Source: Eledone cirrhosa
Lineage: Eukaryota
DNA length: 64,000 nt
Direction: 5' to 3'
Assembly (NCBI GenBank): GCA_964016885.1
Contig: OZ024740.1
Location: forward strand, 317,440,001-317,504,000
The translations under genes and the position numbers were made by a program. Shown piece after piece: positions 30,595-44,280 of the stretch (positions are counted from its first letter, which is position 1; every line of letters starts with the position of its first letter). Below the pieces are notes generated by a model that saw nothing but the letters and a program-made list of their open reading frames with translations, was not told the DNA's origin and did not search any database.

Positions 30595-31695
30595 GCTTCC
30601 AGTGTGTCCATTATAGCAAGTCTATCTTCAACATACTTGATGTATATTGTATAATCACGACATTTCCATTTTAACAAGTATATTTTCAACATACATAGTG
30701 TATATTGTATAATCACAATATGTCCATTGTAGCAAGTATATCTTCAACATACTTGATGTATATTGTATAATCACGACGTGTCTATTATAACAAGTATATC
30801 TTCAACATGATGTATATTGTATAATCATTAACAAGTATATCTTCAACATGGTGTATATTATATAATCATTAACAAGTATATCTTCAACATGGTGTATATT
30901 GTATAATCATTAACAAGTATATCTTCAACATGGTGTATATTATATAATCATTAACAAGTATATCTTCAACATGGTGTATATTATATAATCATTAACAAGT
31001 ATATCTTCAACATGGTGTATATTGTATAATCATTAACAAGTATATCTTCAACATGGTGTATATTGTATAATCATTAACAAGTATATCTTCAACATGGTGT
31101 ATATTGTATAATCATTAACAAGTATATCTTCAACATGGTGTATATTATATAATCATTAACAAGTATATCTTCAACATGGTGTATATTGTATAATCATTAA
31201 CAAGTATATCTTCAACATGGTGTATATTATATAATCATTAACAAGTATATCTTCAACATGGTGTATATTGTATAATCATTAACAAGTATATCTTCAACAT
31301 GGTGTATATTATATAATCATTAACAAGTATATCTTCAACATGGTGTATATTATATAATCATTAACAAGTATATCTTCAACATGGTGTATATTATATAATC
31401 ATTAACAAGTATATCTTCAACATGGTGTATATTGTATAATCATTAACAAGTATATCTTCAACATGGTGTATATTATATAATCACATCGTGTCCATTGTAA
31501 CAAGTATATCTTCAACATGGTGTATATTATATAATCACATCGTGTCCATTGTAACAAGTATATCTTCAACATGGTATATATTGTATAATCACAACGTGTC
31601 CATTATAACAAGTATATCGTTAACATACATGGTGTATATTGTATAATCATTAACAAGTATATCTTCAAAAAATTTAGTGTATATTGTATAATCCC
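30595..31695. repeat. 41-bp minisatellite with longer (about 53-57 bp) edge units
   Basis: taacaagtatatcttcaacatggtgtatattgtataatcat in tandem. Confidence 0.95.
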
Positions 31696-31894
31696 AAATT
31701 GGTATCTCTTTGTCTTCTATTGTGCCTATGTAGCACACCACAAATGTAGACTCTAATGTATAACAACACCTGGCTATTCCGCTCTATGCTTATAACTTCC
31801 CTAGGGATCAGTTATATGGCGCATCGGTTCTACAGTAGTAATTTCCTTATTGTGTTAGTTAAAATGGAGTGTTTATATACAATGATTATTTTTG

Positions 31895-32735
31895 ACGCAT
31901 AGAGTTACGGTCCTTGCCATTCTGAAGTTCAAATCCCGCCGAGGTTAACTTTGCATTTCATCCTTACGGGGTCGATAAAATAAAGTACCAGTAATGCACT
32001 GGGTAATTGCTGGCCTTGTGCCAAAAGTAGAAACAATTATTATAGTTTCTATTGATTCTGTTACGGGGACGCAAATAGTTAGACTTTCGACGATAGAATG
32101 CTTCACGATATTCCCTTCGGTTCTCTACGCTCCCTGAGTTCAACTTTGCCGAGGTCAACTTTGCCGAGGTCAACTTTGCCTTTCGTCTTTTCAAGATGAA
32201 TAAAATAGTACCAGTCCAGTACTGGGGATGGGGTCGATTCTTCTATATCTCTTCACTACTTCCTCTTTATCACTCTCCTTCTCTGAAAAAAATCGATTAA
32301 AATCTGGAGAGGGGATGGGCCCCACTGGGTTTAAACTCCTATGATACACAGTAAGTCACCACATCGCCTCTGCGACTCCAGCAGGTGTTACCTGTCAATA
32401 CATCCATGTAATAAAAGACTCTGCCGATTTGTTTCAATATATTTTGAAAATAATAAAAAATTTGGAGGATTTTAATAAAATAACCAACTTTTCACCAGTA
32501 AAGTTTTATTATCAAGCACGAACTATGGCGGAGAATTTGGCAGTATCGATTGGGCCTCGGACGAAATGCTTTGCGGCATAGAGTTACGTCCCTTTACGGT
32601 CTGAGTTCAGATCCCACCGAGGTTAGCTTTGCCTTTCATCCTTACGGGATCGATAAAATAAAGCACTGGGGTCGATTTAATCGACTTTCCCCTCACAAAA
32701 ATTGTTGGCCTTGTGCCTAAATCAGAAATCCTTAT
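31895..32735 (+). mobile_element. Cluster of three family 1 SINE copies
   Basis: gagttcaaatcccgccgaggttaactttgcctttcatccttacggggtcgataaaataaagtacc motif, repeated. Confidence 0.75.
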
Positions 32736-33354
32736 TAAGTACGAATATTTTAAAATAGGCAGTTTTTTATAATTAAACTCGGACAGTTTTGTATCATTAA
32801 AATCGAGCAGTTTGATGCGAGTTGGTGTCAAATGGGTTTAAGTAGCGATGTAACGCCAGACAATACTAAAATAGACTCATAGATAACGCTCACTTGTCAT
32901 ATAAGTTCCTGGTGGTTGAAAGATAACGGCCAACGATAAAATGTCAAGCTTGGTGGTAATGTCACCATTGATAAACACCAGTCTTATTGTCGCTACCTGT
33001 TATAAAATAGCAATAACACACACCAAGACTCATCACTTTATCCAGAAGATAGGATCATAGAAGTTTCTATGTGAGTATGAACCAGTAAATCCTGGTGGAG
33101 TCGTAGGGTATTTTAAACCTTGTTGACCCCATCACTTTTCTAGGTCTGAACACAGTTGATTTCTTCCAGAGAAGGAGAGAGATAGAGATAGAGAGGAAAT
33201 GAGAAAGAGATATAGAGAAGAATCGACCCCAGTGCTGCATTGGTACCCTTTATTATCGCCATCGAAAGGATTAAAAGCAAAGTTATCATCGATGGGATTT
33301 GAACTAAGAGCTCAGAGAGCCGATTTGAAATGTCCAAGAAACATTGCATGTCAA

Positions 33355-33760
33355 TCCCAGAATATTTGTCCCTTCCCTTCCAGGCCACACAGATACCCCT
33401 TCTTACATTCCTTCACCCCCAGAATATTAGTTACCCCCTTTCAGGCCACACAATAACTCCTCACATTCCTTCATCACTAGAATATTAGTTAACCCCTTTC
33501 AGACCACACAGTAACCCGTTCTCACATTCATTCAGCCCTAGGATATCCCCCACCTTTCCAGACCACACAATAGCCCATTCTAACAGTTACCCCCTTCCAG
33601 ATCACACAATAGACCCTTCTAACATTCCTTCATCCCCAGAATATTTGACTCCACCTTTCAGGGCACACAGTAGCCCATTCTAACATTCCTTCATCCCCAG
33701 AATATTTGACTCCACCTTTCAGGGCACACAGTAGCCCCTTCTCACATTTCTCCAGCTCTA
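33355..33760. repeat. Degenerate tandem repeat of about 61 bp
   Basis: cagaatatttgactccacctttcagggcacacagtagccc units. Confidence 0.8.
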
Positions 33761-34084
33761 GTCAGTCATATTTGACCCCTTTCAGTCACGAAGAATATCA
33801 TCTCTAGAATCAACTTCTCCCATCATCGCACTCCTCATGTTTTTTATGTAACCATCAACTTGCAAATGTTCAAAAGAATCATTAACCGAATTGATTTTCC
33901 CTGGTCCCTCCTGTCCTCCGGTCACCAGTCCCTGAGGACCAGCCAAGACCATGGGCACTGTCCATTCCTCTTGACCAACAGGAAATTATCCACTAAGTTA
34001 ACCTGTTCTCCAGATCTCTAAATACAATGATATTGATTTCTATTGACCAGAGAGAAGAGAGGGACGTGTGCAATTGTTTCATCT

Positions 34085-34203
34085 ACGGTAGTAGTGGTGG
34101 TAGTAGAAGTAGTAGAGGAGGTCGTCGTGTTGGTAGTGGTGGTAGTAGTAGTGGTGGTTGTGTTAGTAATAGTAGTAGTAGTAGCGTAGTAGCGTAGTAG
34201 TAA

Positions 34204-34238
<35 letters not shown>

Positions 34239-34470
34239 ATTGTAGTAGTAGTTGTAGTAGCAGCAGTAGTAGTTGTAGTAGCAGCAGTAGTAGTTGTAGC
34301 AGCAGTAGTAGTAGTTGTACTAGTAGCAGTAGTAGTTGTAGTAATTGTAGTAGTAGAAATTGTAGTAGTAGCAGTAGTAGTTGTAGCATCAGTAGTAGTA
34401 GTTGTTGTAGCAGAAGCAGCAGTAGTAGTTGTAGCAGTAGCAGCAGTAGTAGTGGTAGCAGTAGCAACAT
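34085..34470. repeat. (GTA/GCA/GTT)n trinucleotide repeat
   Basis: Direct reading. Confidence 0.95.
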
Positions 34471-34471
34471 C

Positions 34472-37400
34472 ACCTTTCATATAAAACCGATATACTTTGG
34501 CTCTCTTCCCCCCGGACATTTCATATAAAACAGTTATATATACCTTGGCTCTCTTCCTCCACACTTTCATATAAAACAGTTATATATACCTTGGCTCTCT
34601 TCCTCCACACCTTTCATATAAAACAGTTATATATACCTTGGCTCTCTTCCTCCACACCTTTCATATAAAACAGTTATATATACCTTGGCTCTCTTCCTCC
34701 ACACCATTCATATAAAACAGTTATATATACCTTGGCTCTCTTCCTCCACACCTTTCATATAAAACAGTTATATATATCTTGGCTCTCTTCCTCCACACCT
34801 TTCATATAAAACAGTTATAAATACCTTGGTTATCTTCCTCCGTACCTTTCATATAAAACAGTTATGTATACCTTGGCTCTCTTCCTCCACACCTTTCATA
34901 TAAAACAGTTATATATATCTTGGCTCTCTTCTTCCGTAGCATTCATATAAAACAGTTATATATACCTTGGCTGTCTTCCTCCGTACCATTCATATAAAAC
35001 AGCTATATATATCTTGGCTCTCTTCCTCCGTAGCATTCATATAAAACAGTTATATATACTTTGGCTGTCTTCCTCCGTACCTTTCATATAAAACAGTTAT
35101 ATATACCTTGGCTCTCTTCCTCCGTAGCATTCATATAAAACAGTTATATATACCTTGGCTCTCTTCCTCCACACCTTTCATATAAAACAGTTATATATAC
35201 CTTGGCTCTCTTCCTCCACACCTTTCATATAAAACAGTTATATATACCTTGGCTCTCTTCCTCCACACCTTTCATATAAAACAGTTATATATACCTTGGC
35301 TCTCTTCCTCCGTAGCATTCATATAAAACAGTTATATATACCTTGGCTCTCTTCCTCCACACCATTCATATAAAACAGTTATATATACCTTGGCTCTCTT
35401 CCTCCACACCTTTCATATAAAACAGTTATATATACCTTGGCTCTCTTCCTCCACACTTTCATATAAAACAGTTATATATATCTTGGCTCTCCTCCTCCAC
35501 ACCTTTCATATAAAACAGTTATATATACCTTGGCTCTCTTCCTCCACACCTTTCATATAAAACAGTTATATATACCTTGGCTCTCTTCCTCCACACTTTC
35601 ATATAAAACAGTTATATATACCTTGGCTGTCTTCCTCCGTACCTTTCATATAAAACAGTTATATATACCTTGGCTCTCTTCCTCCACACCTTTCATATAA
35701 AACAGTTATATATATCTTGGCTCTCTTCTTCCGTAGCATTCATATAAAACAGTTATATATACCTTGGCTGTCTTCCTCCGTACCATTCATATAAAACAGT
35801 TATATATACCTTGGCTCTCTTCCTCCGTAGCATTCATATAAAACAGCTATATATATCTTGGCTCTCTTCCTCCGTAGCATTCATATAAAACAGTTATATA
35901 TACTTTGGCTGTCTTCCTCCGTACCTTTCATATAAAACAGTTATATATACCTTGGCTCTCTTCCTCCGTAGCATTCATATAAAACAGTTATATATACCTT
36001 GGCTCTCTTCCTCCACACCTTTCATATAAAACAGTTATATATACCTTGGCTCTCTTCCTCCACACCTTTCATATAAAACAGTTATATATACCTTGGCTCT
36101 CTTCCTCCACACCTTTCATATAAAACAGTTATATATACCTTGGCTCTCTTCCTCCGTAGCATTCATATAAAACAGTTATATATACCTTGGCTCTCTTCCT
36201 CCACACCATTCATATAAAACAGTTATATATACCTTGGCTCTCTTCCTCCACACCTTTCATATAAAACAGTTATATATACCTTGGCTCTCTTCCTCCACAC
36301 TTTCATATAAAACAGTTATATATATCTTGGCTCTCCTCCTCCACACCTTTCATATAAAACAGTTATATATACCTTGGCTCTCTTCCTCCACACCTTTCAT
36401 ATAAAACAGTTATATATACCTTGGCTCTCTTCCTCCACACTTTCATATAAAACAGTTATATATACCTTGGCTGTCTTCCTCCGTACCTTTCATATAAAAC
36501 AGTTATATATACCTTGGCTCTCTTCCTCCACACCTTTCATATAAAACAGTTATATATATCTTGGCTCTCTTCCTCCACACCTTTCATATAAAACAGTTAT
36601 ATATACCTTGGCTCTCTTCCTCCACACCTTTCATATAAAACAGTTATATATACCTTGGCTCTCTTCCTCCACACCTTTCATATAAACAGTTATATATACC
36701 TTGGCTCTCTTCCTCCACACCTTTCATATAAAACAGTTATATATACCTTGGCTCTCTTCCTCCACACCTTTCATATAAACAGTTATATATACCTTGGCTC
36801 TCTTCCTCCACACTTTCATATAAAACAGTTATATATACCTTGGCTGTCTTCCTCCGTACCTTTCATATAAAACAGTTATATATACCTTGGCTCTCTTCCT
36901 CCACACCTTTCATATAAAACAGTTATATATATCTTGGCTCTCTTCCTCCACACCTTTCATATAAAACAGTTATATATACCTTGGCTCTCTTCCTCCACAC
37001 CTTTCATATAAACAGTTATATATACCTTGGCTCTCTTCCTCCACACCTTTCATATAAAACAGTTATATATACCTTGGCACTCTTCCTCCACACCTTTCAT
37101 ATAAAACAGTTATATATATCTTGGCTCTCTTCCTCCACACCTTTCATATAAAACAGTTATATATATCTTGGCTCTCTTCCTCCACACCTTTCATATAAAA
37201 CAGTTATATATACCTTGGCACTCTTCCTCCACACCTTTCATATAAAACAGTTATATATATCTTGGCTCTCTTCCTCCACACCTTTCATATAAAACAGTTA
37301 TATATACCTTGGCTCTCTTCCTCCACACCTTTCATATAAACAGTTATATATACCTTGGCTCTCTTCCTCCACACCTTTCATATAAAACAGTTATATATAC

Positions 37401-37765
37401 CTTGGCACTCTTCCTCCACACCTTTCATATAAAACAGTTATATATACCTTGGCTCTCTTCCTCCACACCTTTCATATAAAACAGTTATATATACCTTGGC
37501 TCTCTTCCTCCACACTTTCATATAAAACAGTTATATATACCTTGGCTCTCTTCCTCCACACCTTTCATATAAAACAGTTATATATACCTTGGCACTCTTC
37601 CTCCACACCTTTCATATAAAACAGTTATATATACCTTGGCTCTCTTCCTCCACACCTTTCATATAAAACAGTTATATATACCTTGGCTCTCTTCCTCCAC
37701 ACTTTCATATAAAACAGTTATATATACCTTGGCTCTCTTCCTCCGTACCATTCATATAAAACAGT
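34472..37765. repeat. 47-bp minisatellite, about 70 copies
   Basis: cctttcatataaaacagttatatataccttggctctcttcctccaca in tandem. Confidence 0.97.
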
Positions 37766-37887
37766 TTATCGTATCTTTCATACGACCAACACCTATAGCC
37801 TTAACGACCCCACCACATGAGATGAAGCGAAGAATACTGTTTATAACATCTGAAGGAATTTACTCTTACCGTCAAACCCTTCATGTG

Positions 37888-38160
37888 GAGGTGAGTGGCC
37901 ATGTGGCAAGGGTGTTGAATGTACGATCATAAGGTTTGTTTCCTGCACTGGGTTGTGTGGTGTGTTCTTGAAGAAAATACTTCATTTCATCTTGCTCCAA
38001 TATACGCAGCTGAAAAGGAGTACTAGCAATAGCTAGGGGTTTAACCTTGCGATGGACTGGCGTCTTGTCCAGGGGAATCTTGTAGTCTCAGTCATTTCAC
38101 AGCACAGAAACTGGGATACGCAGCGGTCTGATGAGCTTCCGGGCTCAAGACAGACTTTAA
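37888..38160 (+). mobile_element. SINE, family 2
   Basis: Homologous to 54262-54555 (gcgatggactgg..ctgtccagg...agacagacttta). Confidence 0.7.
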
Positions 38161-38745
38161 AATCACACCCTACTACATGGTCGTTTGATTTGCTAGAAAT
38201 AGCAGCAAAACTTTTACAAAATCACACTAAGTCGTTTTCAAAAAGTAGGGAAGAACACATTGGATAATGTACACCAGGATACACTGTGCCTAAAATTACC
38301 CAAAAATAACACATAAAGAACGTACACATTAAATAATGTAGTCTTACACCCTCTTTAAAAAAAAAAGATGGGATGGTCATGGCTGGAATGACTTTAATTA
38401 TAGTATTGCTAGATCAAGTTTGATCTGGTGCTAAACGACGACGACGGCGACAACAGTGACCACAACAGCGACAAACTCAGTAAACATTAGATTAGCAGAT
38501 AAAACCACTAGATGTATTTTGTTACGGACACCATTATGATTTCTCATACACAAATGCCTGACTTTATCTATCGATCAGGTCTTTTCTGCCGACTTCATTT
38601 CACCAACATATATATATCTTTGAAACTGGAATTAAAAGATTTCGCCATTCAGTGAGTTTAAACACGACCGGTTATTATTAGACTATTTTATTTAGTCAAA
38701 GTTACAGCGAAATCTCCTAATATATATATATATATATACACATAC

Positions 38746-38839
<94 letters not shown>

Positions 38840-38870
38840 ATGTATGTTTGTATGTTTGTATGTATGTATG

Positions 38871-38902
<32 letters not shown>

Positions 38903-39696
38903 AGGTAAACAGAAATAACAACACAATCGGTACAGTATATGGAAGGGATATATGAGGTTAACGCTTGATATAGCCGTAAGAGGGTCTTAACGTTTCGGAC
39001 TCCGCCAGGCTTAAAATGCCCAAGAAACGCCGTATGTCAATACGCCACCCCTATGACTATATCAGTTGTTACGGGACCATACATACATACAATATGCTAA
39101 TGTATCCAGCAAAAGCAGCCTCCAAACCTACCCAACTAACAAGTGTATCAACTGCCGAGTGGATCCTTCCTTCGAGAAGGTGGACAGGAGCACGATCATC
39201 GGCGACTAACCCAGTCTTCACTACTCGTCAGTCCAAAGAGGGCAACATTTCGAATTATCGGTCGCTCTCCGAAATGTTGTTATATCGATAGCAGACGATC
39301 GTCGGAGACCATATGCAATCGCAATCGATATAACAACATATTTGCAGGCTGTCCCTGAATCTAATTGTCTATTTTACTATTTCCCTATCTCCCATTATAT
39401 GTTTGGGTTCAACGTAATGCTGTTACATAATTCAGCAGATGATTCCTGATGAGTTCGCCTTGTCTTGCATCATAATCGGGAGATGGAGCTGGGTCATCGA
39501 AATATGCATAGTTATTTTTCGGGGTTCAATCGGAGGTAAACACAGTAAGGCCCCGGGTTCAATCGAGGGTAACTACGGTAAGTAAGATGCTCAATATAGA
39601 TTATAAACATAATATAGAGTATAAACATCAAGTTTAAGTTAGAAATGGCTCCTACATGACTAGAACTTTAGAAGCCATTTCTATATTAAACTTTTA

Positions 39697-39788
<92 letters not shown>

Positions 39789-39912
39789 GTTGGAGGTGAA
39801 TTTTATTGTCGCACAATAAAACATTGCAAATATCGGATAAGTAGCACTCCACAGTTTATAGGATTAGAGTATAAATAATATAAGATCAAAAGACGGTTAA
39901 AAGAGTTCCAAG

Positions 39913-39983
39913 TATTTTATTATGCGCATTTCAAAAACAAATATCATCATGGGATGATATTTGCGTTCTCATCAGATAAAATA
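39913..39983 (-). ncRNA. Type I hammerhead ribozyme
   Basis: Near-identical to 430-500, on the minus strand. Confidence 0.85.
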
Positions 39984-40983
39984 GGAAGACATGATATGAA
40001 GCTTAAAAAACACTTGAGAGCAGTGAAGTGTTAAATCAACATATGAAAAATAAAGTAAGATGGATATATGCGATTGAGAAAAAAAGGAGAGGGGGGGGGG
40101 GTAGGAAAAGGTAAGGAAGAGGAAGAAAGAAAATAAAGGATGACGGGGGAGGAGTATAAGAAGGAAGGATGAGAGAGGAGGAAAAATGAGTGATAGAGAG
40201 AGAGAAATAGCCTTTACAACTGAGAAAACATTGTCTCACAGAGAGAAATTAAAAAACCGTTGAAAGATAATAGATAATTTTAGAAGATTTTGAAATTAAA
40301 AGTTAATAAGGTTTATGGATGGTGATGTTTATGATTAAAGAAGAAGGAATTAAGAATAGTATCTATTTAAGGTTTATATATTGAAGGGTTTAATAATATG
40401 TGCGAAAAGAAAGAATTTATTAATATGTATTATTAAAATAAAAATATTAAGGATATTAAGGATATAATGTGAAAGAAGGAGAGATTAAATGAATTATGAA
40501 CTTAGAGGGATTAGTTAGAGTTTAAGTTTGTTTTTATGTATTGTAATATGTAAAAGTAAATAGGTTTAATACGAGCACGGAAGGAGAGAAGAAAGAAGAA
40601 AATTTAAGGAAGAAAAAGTATATAACGTCAAAAAATATATATGTTTACAAAATTTACTAATGGTAATATTAGTATATATTAAAAAAATATAGTTTGTATG
40701 GCCAAGAATATAAGGAAAAAATGGAAAATGCTATAGTGAGTAATAATATGAATTAAGAAGTAATTGGGAAGTAAAAGTTACAGATTAAAGATTAGAAATT
40801 AAAGAAGAAAAAGGAAGAAAGGAAAAAGGATAAAAAGAAGAAAGATAGGGGACCGCTAACGACATAAGATGAGTAAATTGTATAATATAATATACTGAAA
40901 TAAGGTAGAAAGATGGGTATATTTGTAAAAGATATTAAAGCATTTGAGAAAAGAAGATTTTAAACTAATTAGGTATTGAGATA

Positions 40984-42479
40984 TTAGCTGTATACTTTAT
41001 GGAAAGTTCTATGGGATTTATGCAAGCAGAGCGAAAATAAATCCGTACGTCTATTTATTATAGAATTAAAATTAGATATAATGGTAAATTTCTCGGCTAG
41101 GCAGAGATTACATGTTCTGGATAGGGAAGAATTCAGGTAAGGAAAGGCGTTGCAAAGCTTCCTCCAAGAGATGTTATAGTTAATATTTTCGTCTTTTAAG
41201 GACCATATGAGTTCCGAGAGTGCTGTGTTAGTTCTTTTAAGTTGGTATTTAAAAGACGAATTGTGGTTATAAAATCTTGCTTTAAAAGTAGTGGAAGTGG
41301 AACCGAAATAGGTAAAAGAATTAGTACTAGTTATAACCTTACATTCATACACTAAGTTTTTATCAAGATATTGGTTATTAAGAGGACATTTAGTTCTAAC
41401 AGGGCAATTACAATTACGATTAGAGAAATTAACAGAGTTATTAACAAGTGACCTAGTATTATTTATAGAAGGAATTGGATTGGAGAAGTTATTTACGATA
41501 GGAACTATAGTTTCCTGATTTAGATTGGTGTTATGAACATTCAACGAAGTTACGTTTGACGTCGTATTTAAATTTACTGAATCTAGCCTAGAGTTAACAT
41601 TGACGTCGGGTTTACTATTGCTATTATTATGACGCTCAGTGTTGGATGGATATAATTTATTATTTAATATTTTATTATTGTGTTTAGAGATAATGTTAGA
41701 GATGCTGGAAGTGGTGGAATAAGAGAATTTGAATGTATGTTTGTTAAAGATCTACTATAGATATGCGAGGGAGGGAAGAATTTATCTAAGGCCCTAAAGA
41801 ATAGTTTAGGAATATTACTAGTAATAGATAGAGAAAAAGGAGCATTATACCAAATCATATTTTTGTATCTAGGTCTTTTATTTAAGTTATTGGAATGTTC
41901 ATAATTAACTATTTTACTATAAGTCCTTCGATGATTGGTTTTTTTACTGTATTTAATTTTATCAGGATAACCGGCTTTGGAAAGCGCATTATTATAGTAA
42001 TTGGCATTAGCGTCGAAGATAAGTTTATTAGAGGATAGATTTGAGATTCTTTTTTCAATATTACTGACTATAGCATTTTTAACGTTAGTGGGGTGGTTAG
42101 ATTTAAAATTAACATAATTTAGATTCTCATTGTCTTTATGGTAAGGGTAATATAGGCCAGTGTCAAGATTAAGGGATATATCCAGGAAGTTAGCTAGTTT
42201 GACGTTGTTAACAAATTCAATTTTAAGGTTATGGTGCTTAAATAGATCAAGTATATTGTTCTTAATAATATTAAGGTTAACTAAGTTACAGTTTAAGACA
42301 GTAAAAAGGGCATCGTCACGATAAATTCCACCGCGAAGTTGAGGAATTTTCCGATTTAAAGAATTCAAAATAAAGATACCAATAAAGTTCGTCAGTTGCG
42401 ATGAATCGGACGCACCCATTGTGATATCAAAATTGTTGGAAGTATCAGCTCTAGTCCAATATTCGTTGTTGAATTCCAA
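40984..42479 (-). pseudogene. PLE RT plus GIY-YIG, frameshifted
   Basis: FDITMGASD, GIYRDD, FLDISL, SNHP; CNC...CPL, LVYECKV...YFGST, CNLCLAEK. Confidence 0.85.
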
Positions 42480-42551
42480 GATAGTTCTTCTTGCGGTGAG
42501 AATGATGTAAAGTTCACCTGTGGTAATGTCAGAATATTTAAATTACATATA

Positions 42552-42747
42552 CAGGGTCGGGTAAAAAGTTCATAGGCTGACCAAGATACTCTCATGGACT
42601 GACCAAAGGAGGTTTATTTTTCAAAACAGTCTCTGGAAAGAAACAATGCAGATAATAATAAGATGAATTGAAATTAAGGCATGCAATATTTCACAGCTCT
42701 AACATCACTCCTTCATAATCAGCCTATGAACCTTTCAACCTACGCTG
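42552..42747. mobile_element. Mariner-like MITE
   Basis: Imperfect TIRs aaaagttcataggctga and tcagcctatgaaccttt; related halves at 62765-62828 and 62993-63127. Confidence 0.65.
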
Positions 42748-43097
42748 ATACATTATGAAACACAAGTTCACGCGTGTCCCTCCTCCCCACTGACATATTA
42801 TATAATCTTGCCCCCCCCCCCCACACTGAAGGTGGTGTTTCACCTATTCAGCTAGTTTTACTTGTACGTCCACCTGCTTGCTTGTCCATTTACACATGCA
42901 CATACATTTGCAGAGTTGTTTTCCTTTTTTATGAATTACCTATAGGTCTATATACATGTATGTGTGTGTATGTTTATGGACCTATGTATGAATGTAGATT
43001 TGTGTAGATCTATTGTATATATGTGTGCATGTATATTTTAAGCAGTTAGACGTACAAAAACCATATAGACAAAGATACATTTACATATATATATGTA

Positions 43098-43143
<46 letters not shown>

Positions 43144-44280
43144 AAAAAGTATGACCCCCGACGGCAGAGCTCAAGCCGTTTCGACGGCTCTTTCTGGACT
43201 AAATTAGAATTTTTAGCCTTATATGGGAAGATTGTGGTTGTCAAGAGGATTGGTTAAAATTTGTTGTAAACACAAATAAGTCTATCATGGCATTTGGTGG
43301 GAGGTAGGGGTGGCTGAACTTGTCTGTAGAACAATAGGAGAGTGAGTGGAGTGGTCAAGCGTTGAAAGTGATATGTATACAGCACAATCTAAGGATAGTG
43401 TACGAATATTTTTTGCCAGAACGTATATTTCATGATTTTAATGAAATCGTAATGTACGTAGTTATCACTGTCTGTTTTGAAGTAGAAGCCTTCGTTGTGA
43501 AAAGAACCAAGTGTAAAGTGTAAACACATTTTACTATTCCTCCGTAAATAGAAAGAAACAATAGAAATTATCTTGATACATTTCAGTCATTATTGTGTCC
43601 TCATCAGAGGCGTAACTAGGGAAAATAGCGCCTATGGCAAGCAGTCAAATCGCTCCCCTGAACAGATAAGCTATTTCCGATGATAGCTTATCTAACCTTA
43701 AGAGAAATGCTCCTAGTTTAAGTGGCGTGCCGCTTCAAATGGGACCCGTGGCACGTGCCATGCTTGCCATACCCTACTTTTGCCTTTGACCATCATCAGT
43801 GTATAACAAAGTTTCCCAAACATTTTCAAACACGGTAACCTTTTTAATTCAGAAACTTTTGGTAGAACACCAAAGTCTAATACTGTTGTATTGTTGTCAT
43901 ATAAATATGCTCCTCTACCTTTATTCACGGAACCCTAGACACTCCGCGGAACCCACTTTTGGAACCACTCGTGTATAACAACCATTTTGATAAGAGAAAT
44001 ATTCATACCATACAACACTACCGTACAGAATTTAAAAAAAATACTTGAAAAGGTCATCCAGCCGTCAACCATGTCTCACACAGAATCACTCTAAGAATTA
44101 CGTTATGGGTAAACGTGTCTTCCGAATTCTCAGACATTTGCTGAGTAAACTGTCCACAAGTAAATAGTTCCGTTAGCTAAAAACTGGAAACCGGCGGTGG
44201 TCCATTCCGTGTGGCCAAGTGTATATTTTTCATCCATTGATGCATATACTTATGTATGTATGTACGTATGTATGTATGTT

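Larger units (their letters stand above)
39790..42490 (-). mobile_element. 5'-truncated PLE (YRDD-type RT) with 1.2-kb 3' UTR
   Basis: RT and GIY-YIG fragments, a hammerhead and a (TA)/(CA)n junction. Confidence 0.85.

Noticed and set aside
34018-34570. Mucin-like poly-Thr and poly-Leu ORFs
   Set aside because: Trinucleotide repeat only; no splice or domain support
30595-37765. Tandem arrays as possible CRISPR
   Set aside because: No unique spacers or cas genes; eukaryotic minisatellites
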